A stretch of DNA of 64,000 nt, taken from positions 68,924-132,923 of the forward strand of contig JAVEXP010000001.1 in assembly GCA_034003985.1 (NCBI GenBank), in the 5' to 3' direction. The translations under genes were made by a program, and so were the position numbers. Numbering within the stretch: the first letter of the stretch is position 1; the number at the start of each line of letters is the position of its first letter. The DNA is from Patescibacteria group bacterium (GTDB lineage: Bacteria; Patescibacteriota; Patescibacteriia; Buchananbacterales; UBA6539). The notes under the pieces are model-generated. The model searched no databases, was not told the DNA's origin, and saw only the letters and a list, made by a program, of their open reading frames with translations. Positions 30,668-40,858 of the stretch are shown here, piece after piece.

Positions 30668-31774
30668 ATGCCAACATTGACAGGTGGAACATTGTTACTA
30701 GAAGAGGAAGGTCTGGCCGGAATCAAACCCGGTTTGATCAAGCATGCACTGTTTGACAGTGACGGAACCATCTCGCTCTTGCGGGCGAAATGGGATCTGG
30801 TAATGGCGCCAATGATGTGCCGGGCGATTTGCGGTGAGGGAAACACAGTGCCCCAGGAAGTGGCCGAGATCGTTTCCGACACCATTGAGGAAACAACGGG
30901 CATTCGGACAATTCGCCAGATGGAGCTGCTGGTCAATCTGGTCATGCAGTTCGGGCTGGTGCCTGACGATCAGGTCAAGGATGCTTGGGGGTACAAGGCC
31001 GACTATTTGGCGGCATTGATGGTGCCGGTCAACGAGCGGATTGCGCGCGTTCAGTCCGGCGCTTGCAAGCCGGAGCATTTTATGGTTCGGGGGATTGGGA
31101 CTCTCCTGGAACTGTTTTGCCAAGTCGGAATCGACATGCGGGTGTTCTCCGGCACCGATGAACCCGATGTGCGACGCGAACTCGAAGTGCTGGGAGTCCT
31201 TCACCATTTCACCTCAGTTCACGGGGCAGCACCGGCGCTGAAGCCCGGAGAACCTGAAATCGACAAGGAACAGGTTCTCCAATGCTTGATGGAAGAGCAG
31301 GGGCTCAAAGGCGAGGAAGTTTTGATCATCGGCGACGGTCCGGTGGAAATCAAGCTTGCGCGGCAGTTCGGCTGTTGGGCCATTGGCGTTTGTTCGAAAG
31401 AGGGCGATGATCGCAAAGGCTATGATCAGGCCAAGGTCGCGCGTCTGACCAAGGCCGGGGCCCATGTGCTTATCCCCGATTTCAGCGACGCTTGCCGCTT
31501 GGTACGCGAACTGTTCAAAGTCGCGTCAATCATCGAGCCGGCCAATTTTCCGCTGCCGGAAGATGAAGACATGCTGTCGTTGCTTGGCTTTATCCGCAAC
31601 CAGGTCAGCAACGGCGAATTCAAGCCTGGCGACTTGTTGCCCACCCCGGAAGAATTTGTCGAGCGCTTTTCCCAGATCGTCGGGCATCGGGTTTATCCTG
31701 AAACCGTGGTCGGACTGTACAACGCGTCCGAACATATCAAGCGGCGTGACTATGACGGCTATGTGATTGTCTAA
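30668..31774 (+). CDS. HAD superfamily hydrolase (subfamily IA-like phosphatase) with a roughly 150-aa C-terminal extension
   Basis: The ATG has SD 'AAGGGAG'. 'ALFDSDGTIS' is motif I (DxDGT). 'SGTD' is motif II. 'IIGDGPVE' is motif IV. Confidence 0.7.
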   Translation: MPTLTGGTLLLEEEGLAGIKPGLIKHALFDSDGTISLLRAKWDLVMAPMMCRAICGEGNTVPQEVAEIVSDTIEETTGIRTIRQMELLVNLVMQFGLVPDDQVKDAWGYKADYLAALMVPVNERIARVQSGACKPEHFMVRGIGTLLELFCQVGIDMRVFSGTDEPDVRRELEVLGVLHHFTSVHGAAPALKPGEPEIDKEQVLQCLMEEQGLKGEEVLIIGDGPVEIKLARQFGCWAIGVCSKEGDDRKGYDQAKVARLTKAGAHVLIPDFSDACRLVRELFKVASIIEPANFPLPEDEDMLSLLGFIRNQVSNGEFKPGDLLPTPEEFVERFSQIVGHRVYPETVVGLYNASEHIKRRDYDGYVIV

Positions 31775-31786
31775 GGGGGGGGCAAA

Positions 31787-31912
31787 ATGAAGCCGCTTGT
31801 TCAGCGTTCAGCGGAATTGCCGCTGACTATTCAATTTATATTCATCGCAGTAACGGTGGTTTTGTTGGCAGTAATCTTGCTGCCGGCAATTGTCCGATCG
31901 TTGGGTGACTGA
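31787..31912 (+). CDS. 41-aa hydrophobic peptide (possible small membrane protein)
   Basis: 'MKPLVQRSAELPLTIQFIFIAVTVVLLAVILLPAIVRSLGD'. It is preceded by a G8 homopolymer and has GC-rich codon usage. Confidence 0.3.
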   Translation: MKPLVQRSAELPLTIQFIFIAVTVVLLAVILLPAIVRSLGD

Positions 31913-32035
31913 TAGTAATTCAACGAACAAACCGTGACAACCCGTTATTTGCTGGGGCCTTGACCGTGCGTCGAGGCTCGTTTTTTTACATTTTGGAAAT
32001 TTTTGTTTGGGTTTAATCTGTGTTAAAATAAGTTT

Positions 32036-35000
32036 ATGGAAATAAATTTAAAAACTTTAAATTCTGAACAGAAAAAGGCCGTGACGCACGATCAGGGACC
32101 TCTTTTAATAGTCGCCGGTGCGGGTACGGGCAAGACCACGGTAATTACCCAGCGCATCGGCTGGCTGATTGAACAGGAAAAAGTGAAGCCCGATGAAATT
32201 TTGGCCTTGACTTTTACCGATAAAGCGGCCGGCGAAATGGAAGAGCGGGTGGACCAGTTGCTGCCTTATGGCTACATTGATTTGTGGATTATGACTTTTC
32301 ACGCTTTTGCCGAAAAGATTTTACAGCAGCACGCTTTGGAAATCGGTTTGCCCAATGATTTTAAATTACTAAACCAGACCGAGCAATGGCTGCTGGTGCG
32401 CCAGAATTTGGATCGGTTTGGACTTGATTTTTACAAGCCACTTGGCAATCCGACCAAATTCGTCCATGCCTTAATTAAATTATTTTCCCGCGCCAAAGAT
32501 GAATTGGTTGTACCGCAAGATTATTTAAATTATGCACAGGATTTAAAACTTAACAGCGACAGCCCTGATTTTATCGCCGACATTTTGGAGCCCGGAGCAA
32601 TTAAAAAAATGTCTAAGGCCGAGAAGAAAGAATTGGTTGCTCAAGAGATTAAAAAAGTCCAGGAGGCGGCTAATGCTTATCATATCTATCAGCAATTGTT
32701 GTTGGAAAATAATGCTTTGGATTTTGGCGATTTAATCAATTATTGTTTGGAGCTGTTTAAAAAACGCCCGGCAATTCTGGCCAAATACCGATCCAAATTT
32801 AAATACATTTTGGTTGATGAATTTCAAGATACTAACTACGCTCAATATGAACTGGTTAAATTGTTGTCCGGCGGCAACGACAATATTACGGTAGTCGGTG
32901 ATGACGATCAGTCAATTTATAAATTCCGCGGGGCATCAGTTTCTAATATTCTGGAATTTAAAAAAGATTACCCTAAGGCTACTGAAATATTTTTAACCAA
33001 GAACTATCGTTCGGGCCAAAATATTTTGGATTTGTCTTATAAATTTATTCAGCAAAACAATCCCAACCGTTTGGAAGTAAAATTGGCCAAGACTAAAAAA
33101 GCTAAAGATAAAGTTTTGACCAAGGAATTGAAGTCGCAAATTAAAGACAAGGGCGAGATTAAACATTTCCATTTTGCCGCTTACGACGATGAAATTAGGG
33201 GAGTGCTGGAGCAAGTTGACGCTTTGAAGCGTCAAGATAAAACGGCGGCTTGGTCGGATTTTGCGATTTTAGCTCGGACCAACGAGGTGGCCAATAATTT
33301 TTCTCAAGCCTTGGCCCAAACCCAAATTCCCTATCGGTTTGTGGCTTCTCGCGGCCTTTATACCAAGTCGGTGGTGTTGGATATTCTGGCTTATTTGCGG
33401 CTGCTTGACAATTACCACGAAAGCAGTGCGGTTTACCGGATTTTGAATTCACCGGTTGTGGGTTTGGACAACCGGACAATTGTTCAGCTGAATTATTGGG
33501 CGCGGCGTAAAGGCTACTCGTTGTTTGCGACTTTACAGAATGTCAGCAGTATGCGTTTTAGCGATTTTGAAGTCCAGAGCAAAATCAAGAATTTTTTGAG
33601 TTTGGTGGACAAACATACCCAGCTGGCGCGAACCAAAGGTGTCGGGGAAGTGGTGATGGCGTTTTTGGAAGACACTACTTACTTGGAGCAGCTGACGGCC
33701 AAAGAAGATGCGGCAATGCTGGAAAATACCAATTACTTAAATCAGTTTTATAAACGAATAAACGATTTTGCACAATCAACTGAAGATCCCAGTATTAAGA
33801 ATTTTTTGGAGTTGATAAATTTGGAATTGGAAGCGGGCCAAACCGGCAACCTGGAACAGAACTTGGACGAAGGGCCGGATGCTTTGAAGGTAATGACGGT
33901 TCACGCGGCCAAGGGTTTGGAATTCAAATATGTTTGGATTGTCAGTTTGGTTGACCGCCGGTTTCCGACCGATGATCGGCCGGATCCGATCAGTTTGCCG
34001 GAAAAACTGATCAAAGAAATTTTACCCGAAGGCGATATCCATACTCAGGAAGAAAGACGCTTGATGTATGTGGCAATGACGCGGGCAAAACAAGGTTTGT
34101 ATTTAACCAGCGCCGCCGACTACGGCGGAGCGCGCCATAAAAAAATTTCCAAGTTTTTAGTTGAATTCCAGGATTTAGGTTTGAAGCTTGACAAACAAGT
34201 CGCGGAATCGCAGGCGGATAAATTAAAATTAAGTATCCGGGCCGGTGAAAAAAATAGTGCCCGGCTGACCAGGGAAGACATTGAGTATCTGCTGCCGCAA
34301 AAGTTTTCGTTCAGCCAATTGAGTTCCTTTAAGCATTGCCCTTATCATTATTGGCTGGAATATATTTTAAAGATCCCTCAAAAGGGTAAAAGTTTTTTTT
34401 CGTTTGGGACTTCAATCCATAGCACCTTACAGCAGTTTTTTTTGCTGGTTTTACAGCGCAGTCAAAGCAACCAGCAGGATCTGTTTGGGCAGATTAAATA
34501 TCATCAGGCCAAGGGGCCAGTAGTTAGTTTGGAGGAGCTGCTCGCAATCTATCAGCAAAAATGGATTGATGATTGGTATCCGAGTCGCCAGAACCATGAT
34601 GATTACAAGGCCAAGGGAATTCAAATGATGAAGGACTTTTATAAAACTTACCAAGAGGAACTGCCGCTGCCGAAATATTTGGAAACCCCTTTTACTCTGG
34701 ATATCAATGCTGACGGAGAAGTATATAAAATCACCGGGAAAATTGACCGGATTGACCAGCTAAACAGCGGGGTGGAAATTATTGATTATAAAACCGGCGG
34801 TGCCAGAACCGCCAAGACTTTGGATACTGACAGCAAGGAGCAGTTGCTAATTTATCAATTGGCAGCCAGTCAGCAGTTGGGCGAAAAAGTGGAAAAATTG
34901 ACTTATTATTATCTCGAAGAAAATAGCCGAGTTTCATTTGTCGGTTCAGAAAAAGATTTGGAGAATTTAAAAAAGAAAATCGTTGATACCATCGAAGAAA

Positions 35001-35074
35001 TCAAAAACTACGATTGGCCGCCGAAGGTGACTGATTGTCAATGTCAAAATCAAAGCTTAGATACTTTATCGTAA
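32036..35074 (+). CDS. UvrD/PcrA-family helicase with C-terminal PD-(D/E)xK (RecB/Cas4-like) nuclease domain
   Basis: 'LIVAGAGTGKTTV' is Walker A. 'VDEFQDTN', 'TVHAAKGLEF' and 'YVAMTRAK' are helicase motifs. The C-terminal 'CPYHYW...IDYKTGG' is a nuclease motif. The last codons show Cys spacing 'CQCQ'. Confidence 0.85.
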   Translation: MEINLKTLNSEQKKAVTHDQGPLLIVAGAGTGKTTVITQRIGWLIEQEKVKPDEILALTFTDKAAGEMEERVDQLLPYGYIDLWIMTFHAFAEKILQQHALEIGLPNDFKLLNQTEQWLLVRQNLDRFGLDFYKPLGNPTKFVHALIKLFSRAKDELVVPQDYLNYAQDLKLNSDSPDFIADILEPGAIKKMSKAEKKELVAQEIKKVQEAANAYHIYQQLLLENNALDFGDLINYCLELFKKRPAILAKYRSKFKYILVDEFQDTNYAQYELVKLLSGGNDNITVVGDDDQSIYKFRGASVSNILEFKKDYPKATEIFLTKNYRSGQNILDLSYKFIQQNNPNRLEVKLAKTKKAKDKVLTKELKSQIKDKGEIKHFHFAAYDDEIRGVLEQVDALKRQDKTAAWSDFAILARTNEVANNFSQALAQTQIPYRFVASRGLYTKSVVLDILAYLRLLDNYHESSAVYRILNSPVVGLDNRTIVQLNYWARRKGYSLFATLQNVSSMRFSDFEVQSKIKNFLSLVDKHTQLARTKGVGEVVMAFLEDTTYLEQLTAKEDAAMLENTNYLNQFYKRINDFAQSTEDPSIKNFLELINLELEAGQTGNLEQNLDEGPDALKVMTVHAAKGLEFKYVWIVSLVDRRFPTDDRPDPISLPEKLIKEILPEGDIHTQEERRLMYVAMTRAKQGLYLTSAADYGGARHKKISKFLVEFQDLGLKLDKQVAESQADKLKLSIRAGEKNSARLTREDIEYLLPQKFSFSQLSSFKHCPYHYWLEYILKIPQKGKSFFSFGTSIHSTLQQFFLLVLQRSQSNQQDLFGQIKYHQAKGPVVSLEELLAIYQQKWIDDWYPSRQNHDDYKAKGIQMMKDFYKTYQEELPLPKYLETPFTLDINADGEVYKITGKIDRIDQLNSGVEIIDYKTGGARTAKTLDTDSKEQLLIYQLAASQQLGEKVEKLTYYYLEENSRVSFVGSEKDLENLKKKIVDTIEEIKNYDWPPKVTDCQCQNQSLDTLS

Positions 35075-36544
35075 ATGTTTAAGAAAATTGGTTTTAAATT
35101 ATTGCTTGGGGTGGCGGTAGTGATTTTAGCGGCCGTAGCTTATACCGTGATTAATAATGAAAACCAAAAAATAAGTTTTAATGATATGTCTAGTCAACAA
35201 ATCAGGCCGGCGGCAGTCAGCGGGAGTTTTTATCCGTCAACTCCGGCGGAATTAACAACGATGATTGAAGATTTTTTGTCGAAAGTCCAAGTTGACGAGA
35301 CGATTGCCAATCCGCGGATAATTATCGTACCTCATGCTGGGTATCAGTATTCCGGCGCGGTGGCCGCCAAAGCATTTAAGCAATTGATAAATAAGGATAT
35401 TACGCGCGCGGTGATTATCGGTCCGTCGCACCATTTCCCGCTTGCCGGTTTGGTTTTGGCGAAGGCCGATATTTGGCAAACCCCGTTGGGCGAGGTAAAA
35501 GTTTCTTTATTGAATAAAGATTTGGCGCGCCAGCCCAATTTTAAAATTGACGACAAAGTTCATGAGCCCGAGCATGCTTTGGAAATGCAGTTGCCTTGGT
35601 TGCAGATAGTTTTACCTCAGGCCGAAATCATTCCAATTATCGTCGGTCAGTTGAGTTTGGAAGAACAACAACAGTTTGCTGAATCATTGAGCGAAATTTT
35701 AGACGATCAGACAGTTTTGATTGCCAGCGTTGATTTGTCCCATTATCACCAGGCCAATCAGGCCGAACAGCTTGATCGTCAATCGCTAGATGACATTTTA
35801 AATTTTGATTATCAGAGTATTTTGGAAGACGAAGTTGACGCACCTTGGGCGCTGGGTGCGGTTTTACAGCTGGCCAAAGAACAAAACTGGCAGCCTAAAT
35901 TATTAAGTTATCAAAACTCCGGAGATGTTACGGGCGACGATAGCGCGGTGGTTGGTTATGGCGCGGTAGTATTTAATGAAATTAGTTCAGCAGATCAATA
36001 TACCTTAGAAGAAAAGCGCGAAATGCTTCAGGCGGCGCGGGCGGCGATTAGCAATTATTTGACTAATCGGAATAAAATTTTGCCATTGACCGGCAACCAG
36101 AAATATTTGGAACATCAAGGAGCATTTGTAACTTTAATTAAAGACGGCAAACTGCGCGGGTGTATTGGCTATATTGAGCCAGTTGCGCCTTTGGGTCAAG
36201 CAATTATTGACAATGCCATTGCGGCCGCGGTTTCGGACCACCGGTTTGAACCAGTAGAATTTGCCGAACTGGCGGCAATTGAAATTGAGATATCAATTTT
36301 AACCGAACCGCAGCCTGATTCCATGGAAGCTATCGCCACCGCGCACAAAGGAGTGGTTTTGGAACAGGGAAATCAGGCGGCAACTTATTTGCCGCAAGTC
36401 TGGGAGTCATTTGATAGTCCCCAGGAATTTTTTGGCAGTTTATGCCTGAAAGCCGGGTTGGCAGGCAACTGCTATTTGGACCCAAAAACCAAACTGTTTT
36501 CGTATCAAGCAATTGTTTTTAATGAGTCGGAATTGGTTGATTAA
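35075..36544 (+). CDS. MEMO1-family (AmmeMemoRadiSam protein B-like) fused to an AMMECR1 domain, with N-terminal TM anchor
   Basis: 'IIVPHAGYQYSG' and 'IIGPSHH' are Memo/dioxygenase-class III motifs. The C-terminal 'GAFVTLIKDGKLRGCIGYIEP' is AMMECR1. Confidence 0.75.
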   Translation: MFKKIGFKLLLGVAVVILAAVAYTVINNENQKISFNDMSSQQIRPAAVSGSFYPSTPAELTTMIEDFLSKVQVDETIANPRIIIVPHAGYQYSGAVAAKAFKQLINKDITRAVIIGPSHHFPLAGLVLAKADIWQTPLGEVKVSLLNKDLARQPNFKIDDKVHEPEHALEMQLPWLQIVLPQAEIIPIIVGQLSLEEQQQFAESLSEILDDQTVLIASVDLSHYHQANQAEQLDRQSLDDILNFDYQSILEDEVDAPWALGAVLQLAKEQNWQPKLLSYQNSGDVTGDDSAVVGYGAVVFNEISSADQYTLEEKREMLQAARAAISNYLTNRNKILPLTGNQKYLEHQGAFVTLIKDGKLRGCIGYIEPVAPLGQAIIDNAIAAAVSDHRFEPVEFAELAAIEIEISILTEPQPDSMEAIATAHKGVVLEQGNQAATYLPQVWESFDSPQEFFGSLCLKAGLAGNCYLDPKTKLFSYQAIVFNESELVD

Positions 36545-36588
36545 TTAGATTGCCAATTGGTCGATAAATTGTTATACTAAAATATATT

Positions 36589-36990
36589 ATGAGCTTTCGT
36601 TTTTTTCTGATTTTGTTAATTTTAGGAACCATTATTGCCTGGGCCGGCTGGCTGCTGGTAATTTTTTATCTTGACCCCACTCAACTTAGTTGGTTGGGTT
36701 TTTTGTTTTTCTATGCCGCCTTAGCCTTAGCTTTAAGCGGTACGATTTTTTTAGCTGGTGATCTTATTAAGTCAAAAATCATCAGGAATAAGTTACTTTA
36801 TTACCGGGTTCGGTCATCAGTCCGTCAATCAATTTTGTTTGCGATGTTGATTTTGGGCTGGCTGCTGCTCAAAAGTCTTGGTGTGCTGCGTTGGTGGAAT
36901 TTGCTGATATTAATTTTATTTTTGGCGGCAGTGGAATTTTTCTTTATTTCTTCGCAAAAACATAAGGATTCATACGAACGGGGACTTTAA
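36589..36990 (+). CDS. Hypothetical small membrane protein
   Basis: It has 3-4 TM helices. Confidence 0.4.
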   Translation: MSFRFFLILLILGTIIAWAGWLLVIFYLDPTQLSWLGFLFFYAALALALSGTIFLAGDLIKSKIIRNKLLYYRVRSSVRQSILFAMLILGWLLLKSLGVLRWWNLLILILFLAAVEFFFISSQKHKDSYERGL

Positions 36991-38018
36991 TGAAGGAACA
37001 ATTAGCACAACTTAAAAATCAATTTAATCAAGAAATTGCTAAAGCCTCCAGCGAACAAGAGCTGGCTGAATTGGATACCAAATATTTGGGTCGTAAAGCC
37101 GGGGTGCTTACTAATATTTTGCGCGGATTAAAAGATTTAGGTGCCGAAGAAAAAAAGATTGTTGGTCCATTGGCTAATCAGTTGAAGGCGGAGCTGGAAG
37201 CAATGATTAAAGATCGGCGTTCAAGATTAAAGGGATTGGCCGATAATCAGACGATTGATGTTACTCTGCCTGGTCGGGAATGGCCGCAGGGCAGTTTGCA
37301 TTTGGTAACCAAAGCTATTGGGGAAATTTCTGAAATTTTTGAACATATCGGATTTGTCCGTCGCAGATATCCGGAAGTGGAATGGGATTGGTATGCTTTT
37401 GAATCATTGAATATGCCGCCCGATCATCCGGCCAGGGACGAATGGGAAACTTTTTTTATCGATCGTGAACCGGTTGGGCCAAAAGGCCAGCGGGTGTTGA
37501 CCCCTCATACTTCGTCGGGCCAGGCTAGGGAAATGGAACGCCAGCAAATGCCGATTCGAATGATTAATATTTCCAAATGTTATCGGCGTCAGATTGATGT
37601 TTCGCACGCGCCGATGTTCCATCAGTTTGAAGGATTATTAATTGACAAAGAAGTAAACATTGCCGACTTGAAGGGTACGCTGGATTATTTTGCTAAGCAA
37701 TTTTTTGGTTCCGATCGTCAGGCGCGAATTCGGCCGTTTCATTTTCAATTTACTGAACCAAGTTTTGAAGTCGATATTTCTTGTGGTTTGTGCCACGGTG
37801 AAGGCTGTAAGATGTGTAAGAGCGGCTGGTTGGAATTGGGTGGGGCGGGAATGGTTCATCCCAATGTTTTGCAAGCCGGGGGAATTGATCCTAAAAAATA
37901 TTCCGGATTTGCGTTTGGCTGGGGCGTGGAACGGACTTACATGATGAAATCCGGTTTGAGCATCCCCGACATCAGAATGATTTATCAAAATGATTTAAGA
38001 TTCTTAAAACAGTTTTAG
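36990..38018 (+). CDS. pheS: Phenylalanine--tRNA ligase alpha subunit
   Basis: It has class II aaRS motifs and 'FEGLLIDKEVNIADLKGTL...GWLELGGAGMVHPNVL'. Confidence 0.95.
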   Translation: MKEQLAQLKNQFNQEIAKASSEQELAELDTKYLGRKAGVLTNILRGLKDLGAEEKKIVGPLANQLKAELEAMIKDRRSRLKGLADNQTIDVTLPGREWPQGSLHLVTKAIGEISEIFEHIGFVRRRYPEVEWDWYAFESLNMPPDHPARDEWETFFIDREPVGPKGQRVLTPHTSSGQAREMERQQMPIRMINISKCYRRQIDVSHAPMFHQFEGLLIDKEVNIADLKGTLDYFAKQFFGSDRQARIRPFHFQFTEPSFEVDISCGLCHGEGCKMCKSGWLELGGAGMVHPNVLQAGGIDPKKYSGFAFGWGVERTYMMKSGLSIPDIRMIYQNDLRFLKQF

Positions 38019-38060
38019 TAAATTTTTATTTTTTCCAAATCAAAAATTCAAGATTAATCT

Positions 38061-40436
38061 ATGAATCTCCAAGTTTCATACAATTGGCTCAAGGAATATG
38101 TCAAAATTGACGAATCGGTTCAGGATTTTGTCAAAGAGTTTTCATTGCGCAGCCAGACAATTGATCGGATTCATGACCAAAAACCGAAATTTAAAAAAGT
38201 GGTGACTGCCAAAATTTTAGAAATTAATCCCCATCCCAATGCCGACCGCTTGCGTTTAGCGACGGTTGATGCCGGCAATGGCCAACAGACAGTGGTTTGT
38301 GGTGCGTCCAATATTGAAGTGGGTCAAATTGTTCCGCTGGCTTTGGAAGGCGGAGAGGTGATTGACGATCAAGGTAATACTTTTACGATTAAAAAAGCCA
38401 AGATCCGAGATTTTGAAAGTAGTGGCATGTTGTGTTCCCAGCGTGAACTCGGTTTGGGAGTTGACCATACTGGTATTATGATTTTGCCACCGGACACCAA
38501 AATTGGTCAGGATTTGGCCTTGGCCTTGGGTTTGGAAGATGATTATTTGCTGGATATTGAGATTACTTCCAATCGGTCGGATGCGATGTCGGTGGTTGGT
38601 TTGGCGCGTGATGCGGCTGCTGTGTTGGACAAGAAATCTAAAATTACTTTACCTCAGCCGGATTTAAAGTCGGTTGAGGAATTGCCCTTGGGAGTGGAAA
38701 TTAAGGAATCGACGCTGTGTCCGCGCTATCAGGCCGTAGTGATGACTGATGTCAAAGTTGGTCCTTCGCCGTTATGGATGCAGCTGCGCCTGTTTCAATC
38801 CGGGATGCGGCCGATTAATAATCTGGTGGATATTACCAATTATTTGATTTTGGAATATGGCCGACCAATGCATGTTTTTGACTACGATAAAATCAATGGT
38901 CATAAGATAATTGTCCGGCTGGCCAAACGGGGAGAAAAAATTTTGGCTTTGGACGGCAAGACTTACGAACTTCAACCGCATCAATTGCTGATTGCCGATG
39001 AAAAAGAGCCTCTGGCGATCGGCGGAGTGATGGGGGGTGAACTTTCGGCGGCTACTACCGAAACCAAGACCATTGTTTTTGAATGTGCGGCGTTTGATCC
39101 GGTAATGATTCGCAAGACCGCGCGCGAGCTCAATTTACATTCCGATTCATCGGATTTATTTGAAAAGAACCTCCATCCTGAAACAACTTTTGTCGGTATA
39201 TTGCGGGCCATAGAATTAACTCAACAGTTGGCGGGTGGTAAAGTGGCTTCGCCGATTATTGATATTTACGCCAAGGGGTACAAGCCTAATAGAATCAAGT
39301 TTGACATCGCCAGCGTCAAGCGCTATTTGGGAGTTGAAGTCCCCGAGGTTAAGATTAAGAAAATTTTAGAGGCTTTGGGTTTTGAAATTTCAGGCAGTAA
39401 GGTTATGGAAGTTACCGCCCCATATTGGCGGGCCAATGATGTTAACGGTGAGCATGATTTGATTGAAGAAATCGCCAGAACCTATGGCTATCATAATTTA
39501 CCAACCAGATTACCCAGCGGCGAAATTCCCTTGGAAGCCCGCGATCACTCTTTTGACTGGGAGGATCAAATCAAAAATTTGTTGGTCGGTTTGGGCTTTA
39601 ATGAGGTTTATAACTATTCAATGATTTCGGCTCAGCTGTTGGAAAAAATAAGTTTTAAACCAGAGCAGTGTTTGAAGATTGACAATCCTTTGAACGAAGA
39701 TTTAGTTTACCTGAGACCAACATTGATTTCCCATTTGCTTTGGGATATTAGTAACAATTTGAAAAATTTTTCAACTCAACAGATTTTTGAATTGAGCAAT
39801 ATTTATTTGCCAACTAAGGCCAAAGAATTGCCCGAGGAGAAACAGCGTTTAACACTAGCAATGGTTGGCGATGATGAAATATTTTTGGCGGCCAAAGGTT
39901 TAGCCGAACTAATGTTAAAGAAATTAGGAATCAATGATTATCAATTAATGTTGACTGATAGCCAATGTCCGATTTGGCAAAAGGGTTTAGGATTGGATAT
40001 CAAGGTTGGCAAGCAATTAATTGGTCAGGTGGGAATTATCAATGAAGCCATAACCAATAGATTCGACATTGATAAGCCTGTCGGAGTGGTTGATTTTGAT
40101 TTCAATTCGGTGGTGCAACTGGCTTCGACCGAAGTGTCATACCAAGATTTGCCGGAATTTCCGGCGGTTGAACGCGATTTGTCGTTGGTTTTAGACAGCC
40201 ATGTGAGCTGGGGAGAAATTAAAGAAGTGCTGGTTGGTATTGATGAACTGGTGGTTGATTCAGAATTCATCAGTCAGTATCAAAATGAAGAAGTGCTGGG
40301 AAAGCATAAAAAGAATTATGTTTTTCGGATAGTATTTAGATCAAACAAGCGGACCTTGAAATCCCAGGAAGTAGATGAGATAATGAAGAAGGTTATTACC
40401 AGGTTGGCTGACAATTTTGCAGCAATTTTAAGATAA
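38061..40436 (+). CDS. pheT: Phenylalanine--tRNA ligase beta subunit
   Basis: It has the N-terminal tRNA-binding domain, B3/B4, B5 and a C-terminal anticodon-binding domain. Confidence 0.95.
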   Translation: MNLQVSYNWLKEYVKIDESVQDFVKEFSLRSQTIDRIHDQKPKFKKVVTAKILEINPHPNADRLRLATVDAGNGQQTVVCGASNIEVGQIVPLALEGGEVIDDQGNTFTIKKAKIRDFESSGMLCSQRELGLGVDHTGIMILPPDTKIGQDLALALGLEDDYLLDIEITSNRSDAMSVVGLARDAAAVLDKKSKITLPQPDLKSVEELPLGVEIKESTLCPRYQAVVMTDVKVGPSPLWMQLRLFQSGMRPINNLVDITNYLILEYGRPMHVFDYDKINGHKIIVRLAKRGEKILALDGKTYELQPHQLLIADEKEPLAIGGVMGGELSAATTETKTIVFECAAFDPVMIRKTARELNLHSDSSDLFEKNLHPETTFVGILRAIELTQQLAGGKVASPIIDIYAKGYKPNRIKFDIASVKRYLGVEVPEVKIKKILEALGFEISGSKVMEVTAPYWRANDVNGEHDLIEEIARTYGYHNLPTRLPSGEIPLEARDHSFDWEDQIKNLLVGLGFNEVYNYSMISAQLLEKISFKPEQCLKIDNPLNEDLVYLRPTLISHLLWDISNNLKNFSTQQIFELSNIYLPTKAKELPEEKQRLTLAMVGDDEIFLAAKGLAELMLKKLGINDYQLMLTDSQCPIWQKGLGLDIKVGKQLIGQVGIINEAITNRFDIDKPVGVVDFDFNSVVQLASTEVSYQDLPEFPAVERDLSLVLDSHVSWGEIKEVLVGIDELVVDSEFISQYQNEEVLGKHKKNYVFRIVFRSNKRTLKSQEVDEIMKKVITRLADNFAAILR

Positions 40437-40467
40437 AAAATTAAAAAATAATTGATAAAACAAAAAT

Positions 40468-40776
40468 ATGCTAGAAACTTCCAGAGATTTACTAAATTTA
40501 GTAATCGCCTTTTCAATCTTGTGGTTTACCATTTTTGTTTGCTGGGGGATGTATCATGTCATTGTAATGTTGCGTAACGCCAGTAAAATGACAATCAGCA
40601 TCAGGGAAAAATTGGAACTGGTTGATAAGATTTTAAAATTAATCAAAGACAAACTGGAAAAAGGTTCAAACCACATGGCGCTGGTGTCCGATTCGATCAT
40701 CAAGCTAGTGGGATTTTTGATGGAAAAACAAAGAACCGCTTCGTCTAAGACCACCAAACGAAAAACCAAAAAATAA
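40468..40776 (+). CDS. Hypothetical small membrane-anchored protein
   Basis: One TM helix and a Lys-rich tail. Confidence 0.35.
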   Translation: MLETSRDLLNLVIAFSILWFTIFVCWGMYHVIVMLRNASKMTISIREKLELVDKILKLIKDKLEKGSNHMALVSDSIIKLVGFLMEKQRTASSKTTKRKTKK

Positions 40777-40858
40777 TTTTAGTAAGCAGTTGTTTAGTAA
40801 TTAGGGGAAGTTTACTTTCCCGGAAAGCTTTAGATGAGTCTGGCTTTCCAAAGAAAAT

